64,000 bases of DNA from an uncultured Rhabdochlamydiaceae bacterium (GCA_963712275.1 CAVQHD010000001.1:1760001-1824000); one strand, 5' to 3'. Shown: positions 19,140 to 29,240, counted from the stretch's first letter. Numbers and translations are program-made. The notes: generated from the letters alone by a model not told the origin.

Positions 19140-20117
19140 TTAGTGAGTGTCTATATATTCAATCAAAACTCCAAGAGCTTCAGCCTTTTCAATAAAAGAC
19201 TGCAGGTCAATCCCCTGTTTTTTGCAGGAGGCTCGGTTCACAAACAAAGGGAAAGGACCCTTCATAACTTGCGGGGCAATGCTTTGAGGAGAGGTTCCAT
19301 TTAAGATCATTTTGACAATTTGAGCCCCCTGCTTGCCGATATGCGCCTCTCTAACAGCAATAGCAAAAGCTCCGCCTCCAATCACAGATCCTTCATCTGA
19401 TGTCATGATGGGAATACCTCGCTTTTCAGCTTGCTGTACAATCGCTTGAATCCCACTGACGACAAGGTGATCTTTCAAAATAAAAATCGCTTGGCTGTCC
19501 GAAGCAACCGCCTGCCCGATTGTGTAGAGCTCCGGCAAGGTCTGCACCATCAATTTTTGGACATCGATCTTTCGAGCGGCTGCTGCCTCAACCACATGAG
19601 GGATTTCCTTTGCGACTTTTTCAGAGGCGCTATAGATCAATGTAATCTTTTTGATATGGGGAAAAACATCATGCAAAAACCCAAGAGAGTCATGCGGTGA
19701 AAGCTCATCATTGAGACAGGTTGTTTGCGGGCCCGTTTGAAGTTGAGTGCTCTTAACTGAAAAATCCGTTGCCAGGCAAAGAATTTTGTGATTTTTCGCT
19801 AGACTAGCTGTCATTTGGGAGGCGGCTGTTCCAATGGGGACTAAAACATCGCAATTATCTCGCATAAGCTGCTGAATAATCGCTCGCTGGAGATTAGGGT
19901 CTCCTTGAGCATTCATGACTTTAAGTGTAACAGGTTGGTTCGGGTTTAAATCGAGCTCTTCTTTAAGACCGCTGACAATATCATTTAATGCCTGGTGTTC
20001 CATAGGAACGACCACACCAACCATTTTTTGGGCCATTTTTTTGGTTTCTTTCTGCGAAGAATTGCAAGCAAAACTCAAACTTGCAAGAATAGAAATAATT
20101 AAAATATTTTTTTTCAT
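19140..20117 (-). CDS. ABC transporter substrate-binding lipoprotein (putative tryptophan/tyrosine)
   Basis: Lipobox SFAC; EHQALNDIVSG, NAQGD; start overlaps the trpR stop. Confidence 0.82.
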   Translation of the reverse strand: MKKNILIISILASLSFACNSSQKETKKMAQKMVGVVVPMEHQALNDIVSGLKEELDLNPNQPVTLKVMNAQGDPNLQRAIIQQLMRDNCDVLVPIGTAASQMTASLAKNHKILCLATDFSVKSTQLQTGPQTTCLNDELSPHDSLGFLHDVFPHIKKITLIYSASEKVAKEIPHVVEAAAARKIDVQKLMVQTLPELYTIGQAVASDSQAIFILKDHLVVSGIQAIVQQAEKRGIPIMTSDEGSVIGGGAFAIAVREAHIGKQGAQIVKMILNGTSPQSIAPQVMKGPFPLFVNRASCKKQGIDLQSFIEKAEALGVLIEYIDTH

Positions 20118-20404
20118 TTTAGATACCTTGCTAAAAAATTTTTCATTTCACCATTGATGATTTTTAAAGCGTTAGACCCTCTAGTAATTTGAGCGATACT
20201 GACGTGATAGACCTTTGCAATTTCCCGCTGAGTTAATACCCCTTCGAATAACGCTTTCACAATCAGGTAGCGGGAGGCCAAGAGCTCTTTTTCTTCAATT
20301 GTCAAAAACAAATCAAACAACTGATTGAGCTCCCCGCTTGACTCAGCATTAGAACACAGCTCTAGAAACTCTATCCATCCCTCCTTAGCACGGTATTGAC
20401 TCAT
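20114..20404 (-). CDS. trpR: Trp operon repressor
   Basis: LFLTIEEKELLASRY...LTQREIA...VSIAQITRGSNALK. Confidence 0.93.
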   Translation of the reverse strand: MSQYRAKEGWIEFLELCSNAESSGELNQLFDLFLTIEEKELLASRYLIVKALFEGVLTQREIAKVYHVSIAQITRGSNALKIINGEMKNFLARYLK

Positions 20405-20426
20405 GGATTCTCCTTGTTTATTTGAA

Positions 20427-20455
20427 ACGTTACACCATTACAACATTACTGTCAA
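20427..20455 (-). promoter_or_regulatory. Sigma66-type promoter of the trpR operon with overlapping TrpR-operator-like repeats
   Basis: Minus strand TTGACA-N17-TAACGT; spacer reads GTAATGTT GTAATGGT GTAACGTT (8-bp period). Confidence 0.65.
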
Positions 20456-20531
20456 AGCAAAGGTGATTATAGAGGTGTATAAAAAAAATTTTGTAATGCA
20501 AAAAAATCCTGGAAATCTTTATAATTTATCT

Positions 20532-21704
20532 ATGTTGAGGCTACCCAGCTTTGATCAAATCAAAAGCATTGCACATGTTTATTTGAAACATCTTGAGACC
20601 GTTGATAAGTGGTGCAATAGGATTGTCGTCGTCCTCTCGGGAGCACTCATTTTATCTTGTGCTCTTACCCTACTTGCTACTAATGTTGCAAAATATTTTT
20701 TATCAAAAAAGCCTTCTCCACCTCCCGTACCCACGCCACCCGTACCCATGCCACCTCATTTACCACCTCTCCTTCTTCCCGTGAAGATTTCAGATCTGGA
20801 GGCCATTCTTGTCAGATTGAAGACAAAGGATAGAAATAAACTTTTAGCGGCGCTAGGCGCTTTGAGCAACTTGGCAAGTAGGTACAAATACCGTTCAGAA
20901 GAGCACGAAAGAATTGCCAAAGTCTTTTATAAATATTTACCAGGTCTTTCTCAGGAAGATCTTTTCCCTATGGGTGAAGCCAAGGAGGAAATAAAACAGT
21001 TATTCGCCCAATTTGCACAAAATATGAACCACATTCCTCATTGGGATGATCCTGCAATAGAGGAACTTTGCCATTTTTGTACAACCTTAACGCCTGCAGA
21101 GGAAGAGCAATTTTTAAAAGTCGTGCCTCTGAGTCTTGTCCCTGCAGAAAGAGTCGCCGGAATCCAAGAGATGAGCAGGCGATTTAGCTTAGGGCAAATT
21201 GAAGGGCAATGTTTTAAAGACCATTTTGGTTTTTATTTCCTGGCACCACGGTTTTTTATCTCAAATGGGGCAAGTGCATTTCTACGAGGGATATCTCTGG
21301 AGCTTTTAATGCGTTTGTTGAAAGATTATTCGAAAGATTTCTATATCGATTTTCAGGTGTATCAGGCCTTTAAAGAAATTCCTTCTACTTCAGATGCTTA
21401 TCAAAAACTCATGCTCTTTGCAAGGTGGTATCGCGAAGGGTTTTCCAATTGGAGCTCCAATGAAAAAGCTTACCGACTCATAATTCTTCTGGCTATGGCG
21501 CACTTTCTTTTAAGCAGACTACCAGGAAAAAATGTCCAACTAGCCTGGAGAACCCGAGAAATGAGTGGCTCAAAACAGCTCTTCTTAACCCCCTCGATGA
21601 TCAAAGACTGGATTCCAGAGGAATATCGCTCTTGGACCAAAACCTGCAGCGACGCACAACTCAATCCCGTGGAAGAACTCAGACAATATTTTTTCGATCC
21701 CTGA
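20532..21704 (+). CDS. Hypothetical protein with N-terminal TM segment and proline-rich linker (effector candidate)
   Basis: Long ORF; ATG at 20532 chosen because the longer start would overlap the trpR promoter; SPPPVPTPPVPMPPHLPP. Confidence 0.6.
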   Translation: MLRLPSFDQIKSIAHVYLKHLETVDKWCNRIVVVLSGALILSCALTLLATNVAKYFLSKKPSPPPVPTPPVPMPPHLPPLLLPVKISDLEAILVRLKTKDRNKLLAALGALSNLASRYKYRSEEHERIAKVFYKYLPGLSQEDLFPMGEAKEEIKQLFAQFAQNMNHIPHWDDPAIEELCHFCTTLTPAEEEQFLKVVPLSLVPAERVAGIQEMSRRFSLGQIEGQCFKDHFGFYFLAPRFFISNGASAFLRGISLELLMRLLKDYSKDFYIDFQVYQAFKEIPSTSDAYQKLMLFARWYREGFSNWSSNEKAYRLIILLAMAHFLLSRLPGKNVQLAWRTREMSGSKQLFLTPSMIKDWIPEEYRSWTKTCSDAQLNPVEELRQYFFDP

Positions 21705-21717
21705 TCAAAACAGGACC

Positions 21718-21780
21718 TGACTTTTCCGCAAGCTAATGCAAAATAGTCTTGACTTTTCCGCAATACCGTGCAAAATAGTC
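21718..21780 (+). promoter_or_regulatory. Tandem 31-bp quasi-palindromic repeats (period 32) overlapping the AAA gene promoter
   Basis: TGACTTTTCCGCAA-N5-TGCAAAATAGTC at 21718 and 21750. Confidence 0.7.
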
Positions 21781-21783
21781 AAT

Positions 21784-22905
21784 ATGGAAAGATATCAAAA
21801 ACAGGCGATTTTGAAGGACCTACAAAAAAAAATGGTCCTTCTGGCTGGTCCTCGGCAAGTGGGAAAAACCACTTTAGCTAACACTGTTGCCCAAGAATTC
21901 AAATCCTCCACTTATCTCTCCTACGATCGCTTAGCAGATAGAAAGATCATCGCAAGCGAGGCGTGGCTTCCCTCTGTAGAACTGATTATCCTCGATGAAA
22001 TCCATAAAATGCCAAAATGGAAAAACTATTTAAAGGGAGTCTATGACACCAAATTACCCCATCAGAAAATTCTCGTGACAGGAAGCGCCCGGCTTGAAAT
22101 CTTTAATAAGGTAGGTGATTCGCTTGCAGGCCGTTACTTCCTTCATCGGCTACTGCCGCTCTCCCCTGCTGAGTGCGAGAAAATCCATGTAAGTTACACC
22201 TTAGATCGGTTTCTTGAAAGAAGCGGATTTCCTGAACCTTTTTTGGATCAAGATTTAGTGGATGCCAATCGGTGGAGGCTTCAATATGTCGATAGCTTAC
22301 TTCGAATCGATGTGCTTAATTTTGAAAATGTGCATAATCTTAATGCGATTCGACTTCTCTTTGAACTTTTAAGAGAAAGAGTGGGGTCTCCTATCTCTTA
22401 TTCTTCTCTTGCAGAAGATATCGCCATTTCCCCTAATACGGTAAAAAAATATATTCAGATCCTTGAAGCGTTATACATCATATTTCGAGTCACTCCATTT
22501 TCTCGTAATATTGCACGAAGTTTACTGAAAGAACCTAAAATTTACTTTTTTGACGTGGGGCTTGTCAAAGGCAATCACGGCATTAAGTTTGAAAACTTTG
22601 TTGCAACATGCCTCCTCAAGCATGTCCTAGCTAAAGCCGATTACCAAGCGAAAGATTATGAGCTTAAATATCTTCATACAAAGGAGCGGCATGAAGTTGA
22701 CTTTGCTCTGATTCATAACCGGCAGATTGAAACAATGATCGAAGTGAAATCTGCAGACGACTCAATTCCTCCAAGCTTGCAATATTTTTCTGAGAAATAC
22801 AAACTCCCCGCTATTCAAGTTGTTAAAGAATTGAAACGGGAGAGGGTTGAGCACGGAATTGAGATTATTCAGGGAGATCATTTTCTCAAAACACTCTACT
22901 TATGA
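21784..22905 (+). CDS. AAA_14/DUF4143 ATP-binding protein
   Basis: GPRQVGKTT, ILDEIHK, VTGSA, SLAGR, PKIYFFDVG, EVDF..EVK. Confidence 0.9.
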   Translation: MERYQKQAILKDLQKKMVLLAGPRQVGKTTLANTVAQEFKSSTYLSYDRLADRKIIASEAWLPSVELIILDEIHKMPKWKNYLKGVYDTKLPHQKILVTGSARLEIFNKVGDSLAGRYFLHRLLPLSPAECEKIHVSYTLDRFLERSGFPEPFLDQDLVDANRWRLQYVDSLLRIDVLNFENVHNLNAIRLLFELLRERVGSPISYSSLAEDIAISPNTVKKYIQILEALYIIFRVTPFSRNIARSLLKEPKIYFFDVGLVKGNHGIKFENFVATCLLKHVLAKADYQAKDYELKYLHTKERHEVDFALIHNRQIETMIEVKSADDSIPPSLQYFSEKYKLPAIQVVKELKRERVEHGIEIIQGDHFLKTLYL

Positions 22906-23714
22906 TTCTTCTTAATCCAGTCGTCGATCTTCCGCCGAACTCTCTGGACTTCAGCGGAAAGATCAGGTTTTAGAGTGTCATTTTTGATGAGTTCTCCAAG
23001 ATCAATTTGAATGGGGCGCTTCCCTACAAAGCCATAGTTATTTTGAACCCCTGTATCATTGTCGGAGAACCCTTTTTCACACCTCTTGGCAATGAGCTTT
23101 AGAATTGACTCTTTTGCCTCTTCCAGCTCATCGATATCCCCTCTTTCAATCAATTTAGCAAAACGGCAGTAGATAAGCTCTGCTTTTTCTTGAATAATGA
23201 AAGCTGTCTTATCAAGGTCGATATCCCATTCAATCCCTTGCCGATCTATCAGGACGATTTTCTTATTGAGATTGCTGGTTCTGTTGAGATGGACAAAATA
23301 GAGCCCTGTTTCGTCTTTAAGTTCTTCATAAGCCTTTTTAATCGCAGTAAAAGTCTCTTTTAGCCTCTTCTCTCGCCTATCAACTTTCCTAGCCCGATAT
23401 CCCTCTAGAAATGGCCGTGGGATGTACTTCAACCATGTTTTGGGAGTTAAGTGCTCCATGTTGAAAAACTTGAGTACATACTTCTGATCTGCGCTAACAA
23501 AGGCATAGCTTTGCGCCCCCCGCGCCAAATAGACAAATTTTTGAGATAAAACCTCATTCAACGAAGAAGGATGAGCAGCATCCCATTCAGGACGGTAGGC
23601 AAGATCGATGCAAATTTTGCTGAGGGCAAACCCAGACTTTTTGGGCTTATAGCAAAGAAAGATGCCCCCTATCAGCAAAAGACTGAAAAGACACAACCTA
23701 ATTATTTTCTTCAT
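22896..23714 (-). CDS. Hypothetical protein with kinase-like motifs and an N-terminal anchor
   Basis: YLARGAQSYAF..YVLKFF; NNYGF..IDLGE. Confidence 0.6.
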   Translation of the reverse strand: MKKIIRLCLFSLLLIGGIFLCYKPKKSGFALSKICIDLAYRPEWDAAHPSSLNEVLSQKFVYLARGAQSYAFVSADQKYVLKFFNMEHLTPKTWLKYIPRPFLEGYRARKVDRREKRLKETFTAIKKAYEELKDETGLYFVHLNRTSNLNKKIVLIDRQGIEWDIDLDKTAFIIQEKAELIYCRFAKLIERGDIDELEEAKESILKLIAKRCEKGFSDNDTGVQNNYGFVGKRPIQIDLGELIKNDTLKPDLSAEVQRVRRKIDDWIKKNHK

Positions 23715-23816
23715 AAAGATGTCAAGTATAACTTAAATATGGTATATTGACTCCTAACCTTTTTTAACTTTAGCGAAGGATTTTTATGAAAATCTACTCA
23801 CACAAAAAGTCTCTCA

Positions 23817-24272
23817 TTGCTAAGTGTGCTTAAGGCCCTTTTTTACCGCTTTAAAACACCGAGAAAGGGTCCGGTCACTCTCCTGCGAGTTCAGGGGAAA
23901 CACTACAATCTCCAGGAAGTGTACAATCAATTGAATGACCGTTATTTCGAAGGAACACTGCCTCTACGTATTACCTGGTTTACCCCTAAAAAAGCAAAGT
24001 ACCAGCGACGTATCGTACTGGGGTCTTTTCAACCTCATCGCAAGCTCATTCGAATCAATCAGACCTTAGATCAGGCCAATATCCCGGCTTATTTCCTCCA
24101 CTTTATTGTGTATCACGAAATGCTCCACTTTGTGCTGCCTCCCATTCTCCACAGGAATCGACGCCGAGAAATTCACCACCCCGCATTTAAACAGCAAGAG
24201 AAAAAGTTTCATGACTACCTTTTGGCCCGCTCCTACCAAAAGGCCTCAAAAAAACAGTGGTTTATCAAATAA
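23817..24272 (+). CDS. SprT-like zinc metalloprotease (start uncertain)
   Basis: HEMLH motif; the RBS-preceded ATG at 23786 is out of frame. Confidence 0.75.
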   Translation: MLSVLKALFYRFKTPRKGPVTLLRVQGKHYNLQEVYNQLNDRYFEGTLPLRITWFTPKKAKYQRRIVLGSFQPHRKLIRINQTLDQANIPAYFLHFIVYHEMLHFVLPPILHRNRRREIHHPAFKQQEKKFHDYLLARSYQKASKKQWFIK

Positions 24273-24325
24273 ATAGTTGCCAAAGTGCCCTAAAAAAAGA
24301 TACAACGCAATAGAGGGAGTCGAGT

Positions 24326-24967
24326 ATGATATTTAGATTCAGTCTTGCGTTATGCTTAGGATGGACATTAATGAGTTCTGCACAAGAAATAAAACCTGAA
24401 GAGGCTCTCCGGCAGCTTCTTGAAGGGAATGCCCGCTACAAAGAAGAGAAACTTCTCCACCCCAATCGGAGTAAAGAAGCCCGCCTTTCAATGACAGGAG
24501 GGCAAACCCCTTTTGCGATTATTTTGGGCTGCTCAGATTCGCGTGTCTCCCCTGAAATTATTTTTGACCAGGGAATTGGAGATTTATTTATCGTCCGTGT
24601 TGCAGGCAATGTCGTCGGCCCGATCGAACTCGATAGTATTGAATATTCAGCTCTCTATTTAAAATCTTCGATCATTGTAGTGCTAGGACATCAAAATTGC
24701 GGAGCTGTGCAAGCCGTGATCAACGGACAAACAAAGGAGATCGAAGCGATTGCTGCCTTGATCTCCCCTGCTCTTGAAAAAGCGCGGCACCAAAAAGGGA
24801 CTCTTATCGAAAATGCAGTCAAAGATAACGTCGTCAATGTCGTTGAGCAGCTTAAAAACAGCGGCCTCATCGCCGATCTTATGAAAAAAGGAAAAATCGA
24901 CGTCGTTGGCGGCTATTACAATTTCCAGACAGGCGAAGTAGAGATTCTGCCTAAGAGCTTACCTTAA
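24326..24967 (+). CDS. Beta-class carbonic anhydrase with signal peptide
   Basis: GCSDSRV, GDLFIVRVAGN, VLGHQNCGAV. Confidence 0.95.
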   Translation: MIFRFSLALCLGWTLMSSAQEIKPEEALRQLLEGNARYKEEKLLHPNRSKEARLSMTGGQTPFAIILGCSDSRVSPEIIFDQGIGDLFIVRVAGNVVGPIELDSIEYSALYLKSSIIVVLGHQNCGAVQAVINGQTKEIEAIAALISPALEKARHQKGTLIENAVKDNVVNVVEQLKNSGLIADLMKKGKIDVVGGYYNFQTGEVEILPKSLP

Positions 24968-24995
24968 TTGAAAACGTTTCAGCTTGATGCCTCGC

Positions 24996-25334
24996 CTAAT
25001 CCATTGAGAGAACGCCTCGCGTAAGGAAGTCCTCAATGTGAACTCGAATGGTAACATAGCCATGCTCTGGATAATAATGAATTAATAATTGCTTGCCCTC
25101 CAGCGGCTGGCCTGTTAAATCATCATATGCATAAATCTTTGAGGAAGACGGCCCCCAAGGAAGCTCTTTTTCTGTGGCCAAATCCATCGCTTTTTTGAGT
25201 ACGCTATTGACTGTTTGCAAGGACGAAAAAAAAGACGGGCTGCTAACGAAGGTAAAATCACAGACTGAAATCTGCATCGTTATATAACACTGCGGACATG
25301 GGGTACTCTTTGGCATAAAAGCATTAACTGACAT
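24996..25334 (-). CDS. Hypothetical protein
   Basis: ORF with a GAGG RBS before the ATG at 25334. Confidence 0.5.
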   Translation of the reverse strand: MSVNAFMPKSTPCPQCYITMQISVCDFTFVSSPSFFSSLQTVNSVLKKAMDLATEKELPWGPSSSKIYAYDDLTGQPLEGKQLLIHYYPEHGYVTIRVHIEDFLTRGVLSMD

Positions 25335-25441
25335 AAAAACCTCTCTTTTTGTTTGTATAGACAAAATCCAGAAAGAAGGAATATAGCCTAATTTTTATTT
25401 TCAAGCAACCCGAAATCAAGTGTTGTCCTTCCCCGAGCGGT

Positions 25442-26974
25442 TCACTCACGATCGATATCACTCAGCTGCATTTCCTCTGCGACAAAAAGAGTGAAAGGCA
25501 AAATATCAAGCTCTACAGAAGCCTTTTCTAAAGCAGAGAAATACCGCGACCGATTTTTGACCTGAATGACGGTCCAAGGATACCCTCCTGAAGCGAGCAT
25601 AGCATTCATAATAAACCGGCCAAGGCGTCCATTTCCGTCCCTATAGGGATGGATATAGACAAAGAGAAAATGACCTAAAATAGCTCGTACTGCTGGACTT
25701 GTCTCTTGCTTCAAACAGTCAAAAAAAGCTTCCATTGCATCGAGTAGAGCATTTCTAGGAAGAGGAACATGGCGTGAGTTACGAATATAAACCTGATGCC
25801 TCCCATACCCAACGGTTTCAGTCGGTTTTAACATTCCAGCACGCACACAGGCAGAAAAAAGAGTCTGAAACCAGTTTTGCAATTCTTTTGCCACAACTTT
25901 GCCAGCTGGTTCCCCTTTTAGAATTTGGATAATTGCTTTCTTAACTTCGAGAAAGACCTCGTAATACCCTCTTGCAGCTAGCGTGTTTTTTTGTTCATGA
26001 TCGATTGCGCTATGGTCTGGATCCCAATTATTTTGATGGACCTGCTCAATGAGTTCTGTATTGACTTGATACCCTTCAATTGAAAGAGAATTATAGGCAT
26101 CTTTGATGTAGAGTTCTTCTAGCTCGTTCAAGTAAATGGAAGGGTCTTTTGGAAGACCAGGAGGAGAAGGAAAATGTTGAAGAATCACCGGCCGAAAACT
26201 TGACCATAAACCGAAAATTCTTGCTTGATAAGGGGAACGGAATTCAATCCCACTAGAAAAGGAAGCCTCCGCTTCAAAAGGATTAATAGACTTTAATACG
26301 ATTCCCATTTTCTTCAGATGGTCAGCAATGATATTTGCTTTTTCCATTTCATTTAAAACTTGAAAAGCACCAACAATTCTCTCTCCTGCACGTATAAAGT
26401 TATAAGTCGCAATCACATAAATCAAATCTTGAGGATCTTTAATAGAACGGAGGGCAATTTCTGCATCCATTGGATTTTTATGAAAAAAGGTGGGGGTTAT
26501 TTTACATAAAGCAAAGGGAAGCGTCATCACCTGGATCCCACGCACCGTCGTTTGTTCTGAAGGAAAATTTTTCGGATCTGGGTATACAAGAATCGACGTC
26601 TCAAATGGCAAAAGAACAGGATTTCCACCTCCTTTTTTTACAATAGCGATGACTTGTTTAGGAATCGTTGGATTTCCCACATGTAGATCGATTGAATTTT
26701 CTGCTGAGAGGCAGTACTGAGTTTCATAGGTCTCTTCAAGATAAATTCGAATAAAATCCCAAAAATTTGCATACCAAGCTGATGTATCCCCTGGGGAGAT
26801 ATCGGGTCTTGTTAGGATGTACCAACCGCGGATAATTTCTTGAAGCCAATTTGTTCGGATCAAAAGTTCTCGATCCGCTCGTTCAATGTCTCGAGAGGCA
26901 GCAATAGCTCCTCCATATTTTTTAGCAGCTTGATGGACGCGGGAAACCGCGTCCGCAAGGGGTTTATTGACCAT
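25442..26974 (-). CDS. Fic-domain protein
   Basis: HPYRDGNGRLGR Fic motif; YNSLSIEGY. Confidence 0.92.
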   Translation of the reverse strand: MVNKPLADAVSRVHQAAKKYGGAIAASRDIERADRELLIRTNWLQEIIRGWYILTRPDISPGDTSAWYANFWDFIRIYLEETYETQYCLSAENSIDLHVGNPTIPKQVIAIVKKGGGNPVLLPFETSILVYPDPKNFPSEQTTVRGIQVMTLPFALCKITPTFFHKNPMDAEIALRSIKDPQDLIYVIATYNFIRAGERIVGAFQVLNEMEKANIIADHLKKMGIVLKSINPFEAEASFSSGIEFRSPYQARIFGLWSSFRPVILQHFPSPPGLPKDPSIYLNELEELYIKDAYNSLSIEGYQVNTELIEQVHQNNWDPDHSAIDHEQKNTLAARGYYEVFLEVKKAIIQILKGEPAGKVVAKELQNWFQTLFSACVRAGMLKPTETVGYGRHQVYIRNSRHVPLPRNALLDAMEAFFDCLKQETSPAVRAILGHFLFVYIHPYRDGNGRLGRFIMNAMLASGGYPWTVIQVKNRSRYFSALEKASVELDILPFTLFVAEEMQLSDIDRE

Positions 26975-27043
26975 CAATTCCTCGTAGTTAATGTAGCCAA
27001 TTACTCGTTTTTAATGCAAACAATTACTCGTAATTGATGTTAA
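26975..27043. repeat. Three tandem 23-bp repeats upstream of the fic gene
   Basis: CAATTCCTCGTAGTTAATG / CAATTACTCGTTTTTAATG / CAATTACTCGTAATTGATG at 26975, 26998, 27021. Confidence 0.8.
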
Positions 27044-27062
27044 TTTATTAAAAACAAGTCAC

Positions 27063-27422
27063 TTATGGAAGCAAAGAGACTTTGAGTGAAGGAAGACCGC
27101 CTCCCCTTCTTCGATGGTGGGCAATCCATTGGTAGGCCCTATCAATGCCGGGAAGGTATTGCATCCACCAAGTAAGGATCCAAAACCCTCCAAGACGCCC
27201 CAAGATCCGAAAAACAGCCCTGCCTCGAATGAAGTACTGGTTTGGATGTTCAAAAAAGATCACCGTGTTTAACGCTCGAGACTTCTTAGCAAGGTAAGTA
27301 CCGGCTGTCTTCCCCTCTAAAGAAGCGAATTGCAAACGGCGGTGCCGATCGTGCCGATAGAGAAAATTCACCGTCCTACGACAGAGCGGGCACTTATCAT
27401 CGAAAAAGACGATGAATTTCAC
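27063..27422 (-). CDS. DCC1-like thiol-disulfide oxidoreductase (DUF393)
   Basis: FFDDKCPLC, FASLEG, YQWIAHHR. Confidence 0.88.
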   Translation of the reverse strand: MKFIVFFDDKCPLCRRTVNFLYRHDRHRRLQFASLEGKTAGTYLAKKSRALNTVIFFEHPNQYFIRGRAVFRILGRLGGFWILTWWMQYLPGIDRAYQWIAHHRRRGGGLPSLKVSLLP

Positions 27423-29194
27423 GGTATAATTACCCGTGGGACTTGTTTTTTCAAGACATCGAACTGTTTGGCAAGCTCTAGCGCTTCCTGCTCAGAAAGG
27501 GCCCCTTGATGAAGCGCTTGCTTGATTCTTTCTCTCTCCTCTAACCAATTTCGATCTAGAATTCGCTTCAGTGTTGAATGGAGAAGCTCTTCTGCCTTGT
27601 CTGGATTGATTTTCCGATTCATCATCTCTACAATAAGGCTTCCTTCCTCCTCTTGTTCGAGTCCAGTCGCACAGGTCAGAAGATCGGCTTTTTGACCTTC
27701 TTCCTTTCCGCGAAGAATCAACTCATACAATCTGCGGCAGATCGGGACTTTGAGTTGCTGAGGAGTTAAGTTATGCTGCGCCATCTTGATTAAAATCTCC
27801 GCAGAATCTCCTGAAAAAAATAGAAGGCGGAGAAGATCAGCCTCTAAGATCTTATCGGCATCCACATACTCTTTAGAAAGATGCCCTTTGTGCTGAATGA
27901 TCGTCTGAGGCATTCTCCCCATTCCAATCACCTCCGATGGGAGCTGCATCAGCTGAGACAACTTTCGAAGACTTTCATAAATTAAAACCGGTTGATCCCA
28001 GCTCTGGATCCTTTCGATGAGCTGCTGGGCCAGCTGATGCTTACCTGCCGGCGTATCAAGGCGCGCTGTCTTTGAGAACTTTTGCACTAAAAAAGTGAGA
28101 TAGTCGAGAGGATGGTGTAGAAGATTTTCAAAAAAGGGAGCCCCTTTTTGTCGAAGAATGGCATCGGGATCATATCCTGCCGGAAGAACAATAATCCATA
28201 CTTCTATCCCCTTCTTCTGAAAGAGATCTCCAATTTTCACAGCGGCCTCTTCTCCTGCAATATCTCCATCCAGGGCGAGAAAGACGCTCTGAATCCCTAG
28301 CTGAATGAGCTCTCGAACATGCCCTTCTCCAAAGGCTGTCCCCTGTCCTGCAACAGCCCAATCAAACCCTTGCTGAATCAGTCTTAAGCAATCAATCTGT
28401 CCCTCAACAATCAGCGCTTTTTTCTCTTTCATGATCCGCTGACGGGAGTAACTTAATCCGAAAAGAATCTGAGATTTTTTGAATAGAGGCGTCTCTGAAG
28501 TGTTGATATACTTCCCTCCAAAGGTCTCTTCCTTAAATTTTCGGGCAGAAAACCCAATCACATGCCCCATCCCATTTCGAATAGGAAAAGTGATCCTTTC
28601 GGAAAAAAAATCCCGGTTTTCTCTTTCATCGGAAACTAAAATAAGTCCCGCTTTCTCAAGAACAAAGTCGGAAAATCCCTTGCTGTGCAAAAACTTTTGC
28701 ACCGCTTTTCGATCTCGAGGAGCATACCCCACTTGAAACCGCTTAATAAAATCGAGATCGATTCCCCGCCCATAAAGATATTTTAATGCACCTTCTGCCT
28801 CCTCAGCGTAAAGAAGCAAAAAATGGTAGAATTGCGACGTAAGCTCAACCGCATCTCGAAGAAGCGCTTTTGAAGGACCCGTTGCCATTGCCTGCTCAGC
28901 CCTCTCAAGAGCAACCCCAAACCTTTCAGCCAGCGATTCAATCGCCTCGACAAACCCCACCTTTTGAAAATTCATCAAAAAGGCAATCGCATCCCCATGC
29001 GCTCCGCACCCAAAGCAATGGTAATGACTATCTCCTCGATGAATCATAAATGAAGGCGTTTTCTCTTCATGAAAAGGGCAAACCGCCTTATAGGTCGACC
29101 CTGCCCGCTTGAGCGAAATATAAGAACCAACGAGCTCGGGCAAATCAATCCGTTGGCGAAGGAGATCGAGGCTTTCTTTTGTATAGAGCGGCAT
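27419..29194 (-). CDS. dnaG: DNA primase
   Basis: CPFHEEKTPSF..HCFGCG zinc finger, KYINTSET, VEGQID, ALDGDIAG. Confidence 0.98.
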   Translation of the reverse strand: MPLYTKESLDLLRQRIDLPELVGSYISLKRAGSTYKAVCPFHEEKTPSFMIHRGDSHYHCFGCGAHGDAIAFLMNFQKVGFVEAIESLAERFGVALERAEQAMATGPSKALLRDAVELTSQFYHFLLLYAEEAEGALKYLYGRGIDLDFIKRFQVGYAPRDRKAVQKFLHSKGFSDFVLEKAGLILVSDERENRDFFSERITFPIRNGMGHVIGFSARKFKEETFGGKYINTSETPLFKKSQILFGLSYSRQRIMKEKKALIVEGQIDCLRLIQQGFDWAVAGQGTAFGEGHVRELIQLGIQSVFLALDGDIAGEEAAVKIGDLFQKKGIEVWIIVLPAGYDPDAILRQKGAPFFENLLHHPLDYLTFLVQKFSKTARLDTPAGKHQLAQQLIERIQSWDQPVLIYESLRKLSQLMQLPSEVIGMGRMPQTIIQHKGHLSKEYVDADKILEADLLRLLFFSGDSAEILIKMAQHNLTPQQLKVPICRRLYELILRGKEEGQKADLLTCATGLEQEEEGSLIVEMMNRKINPDKAEELLHSTLKRILDRNWLEERERIKQALHQGALSEQEALELAKQFDVLKKQVPRVIIP

Positions 29195-29225
29195 GCTCTT
29201 CAGAATAGCAGGCTGAAGGATAAAT

Positions 29226-29240
29226 CTCAGTAACCTTCAA
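29226..29240 (+). repeat. 15-bp direct repeat bracketing the AAA gene cassette (second copy 30806-30820)
   Basis: CTCAGTAACCTTCAA at both sites, followed by (G/A)ATC. Confidence 0.75.

Noticed and set aside
26975..27043. Possible CRISPR array (also the repeats at 21718-21780)
   Set aside because: Units are directly tandem with no unique spacers, and no cas genes are in the window.
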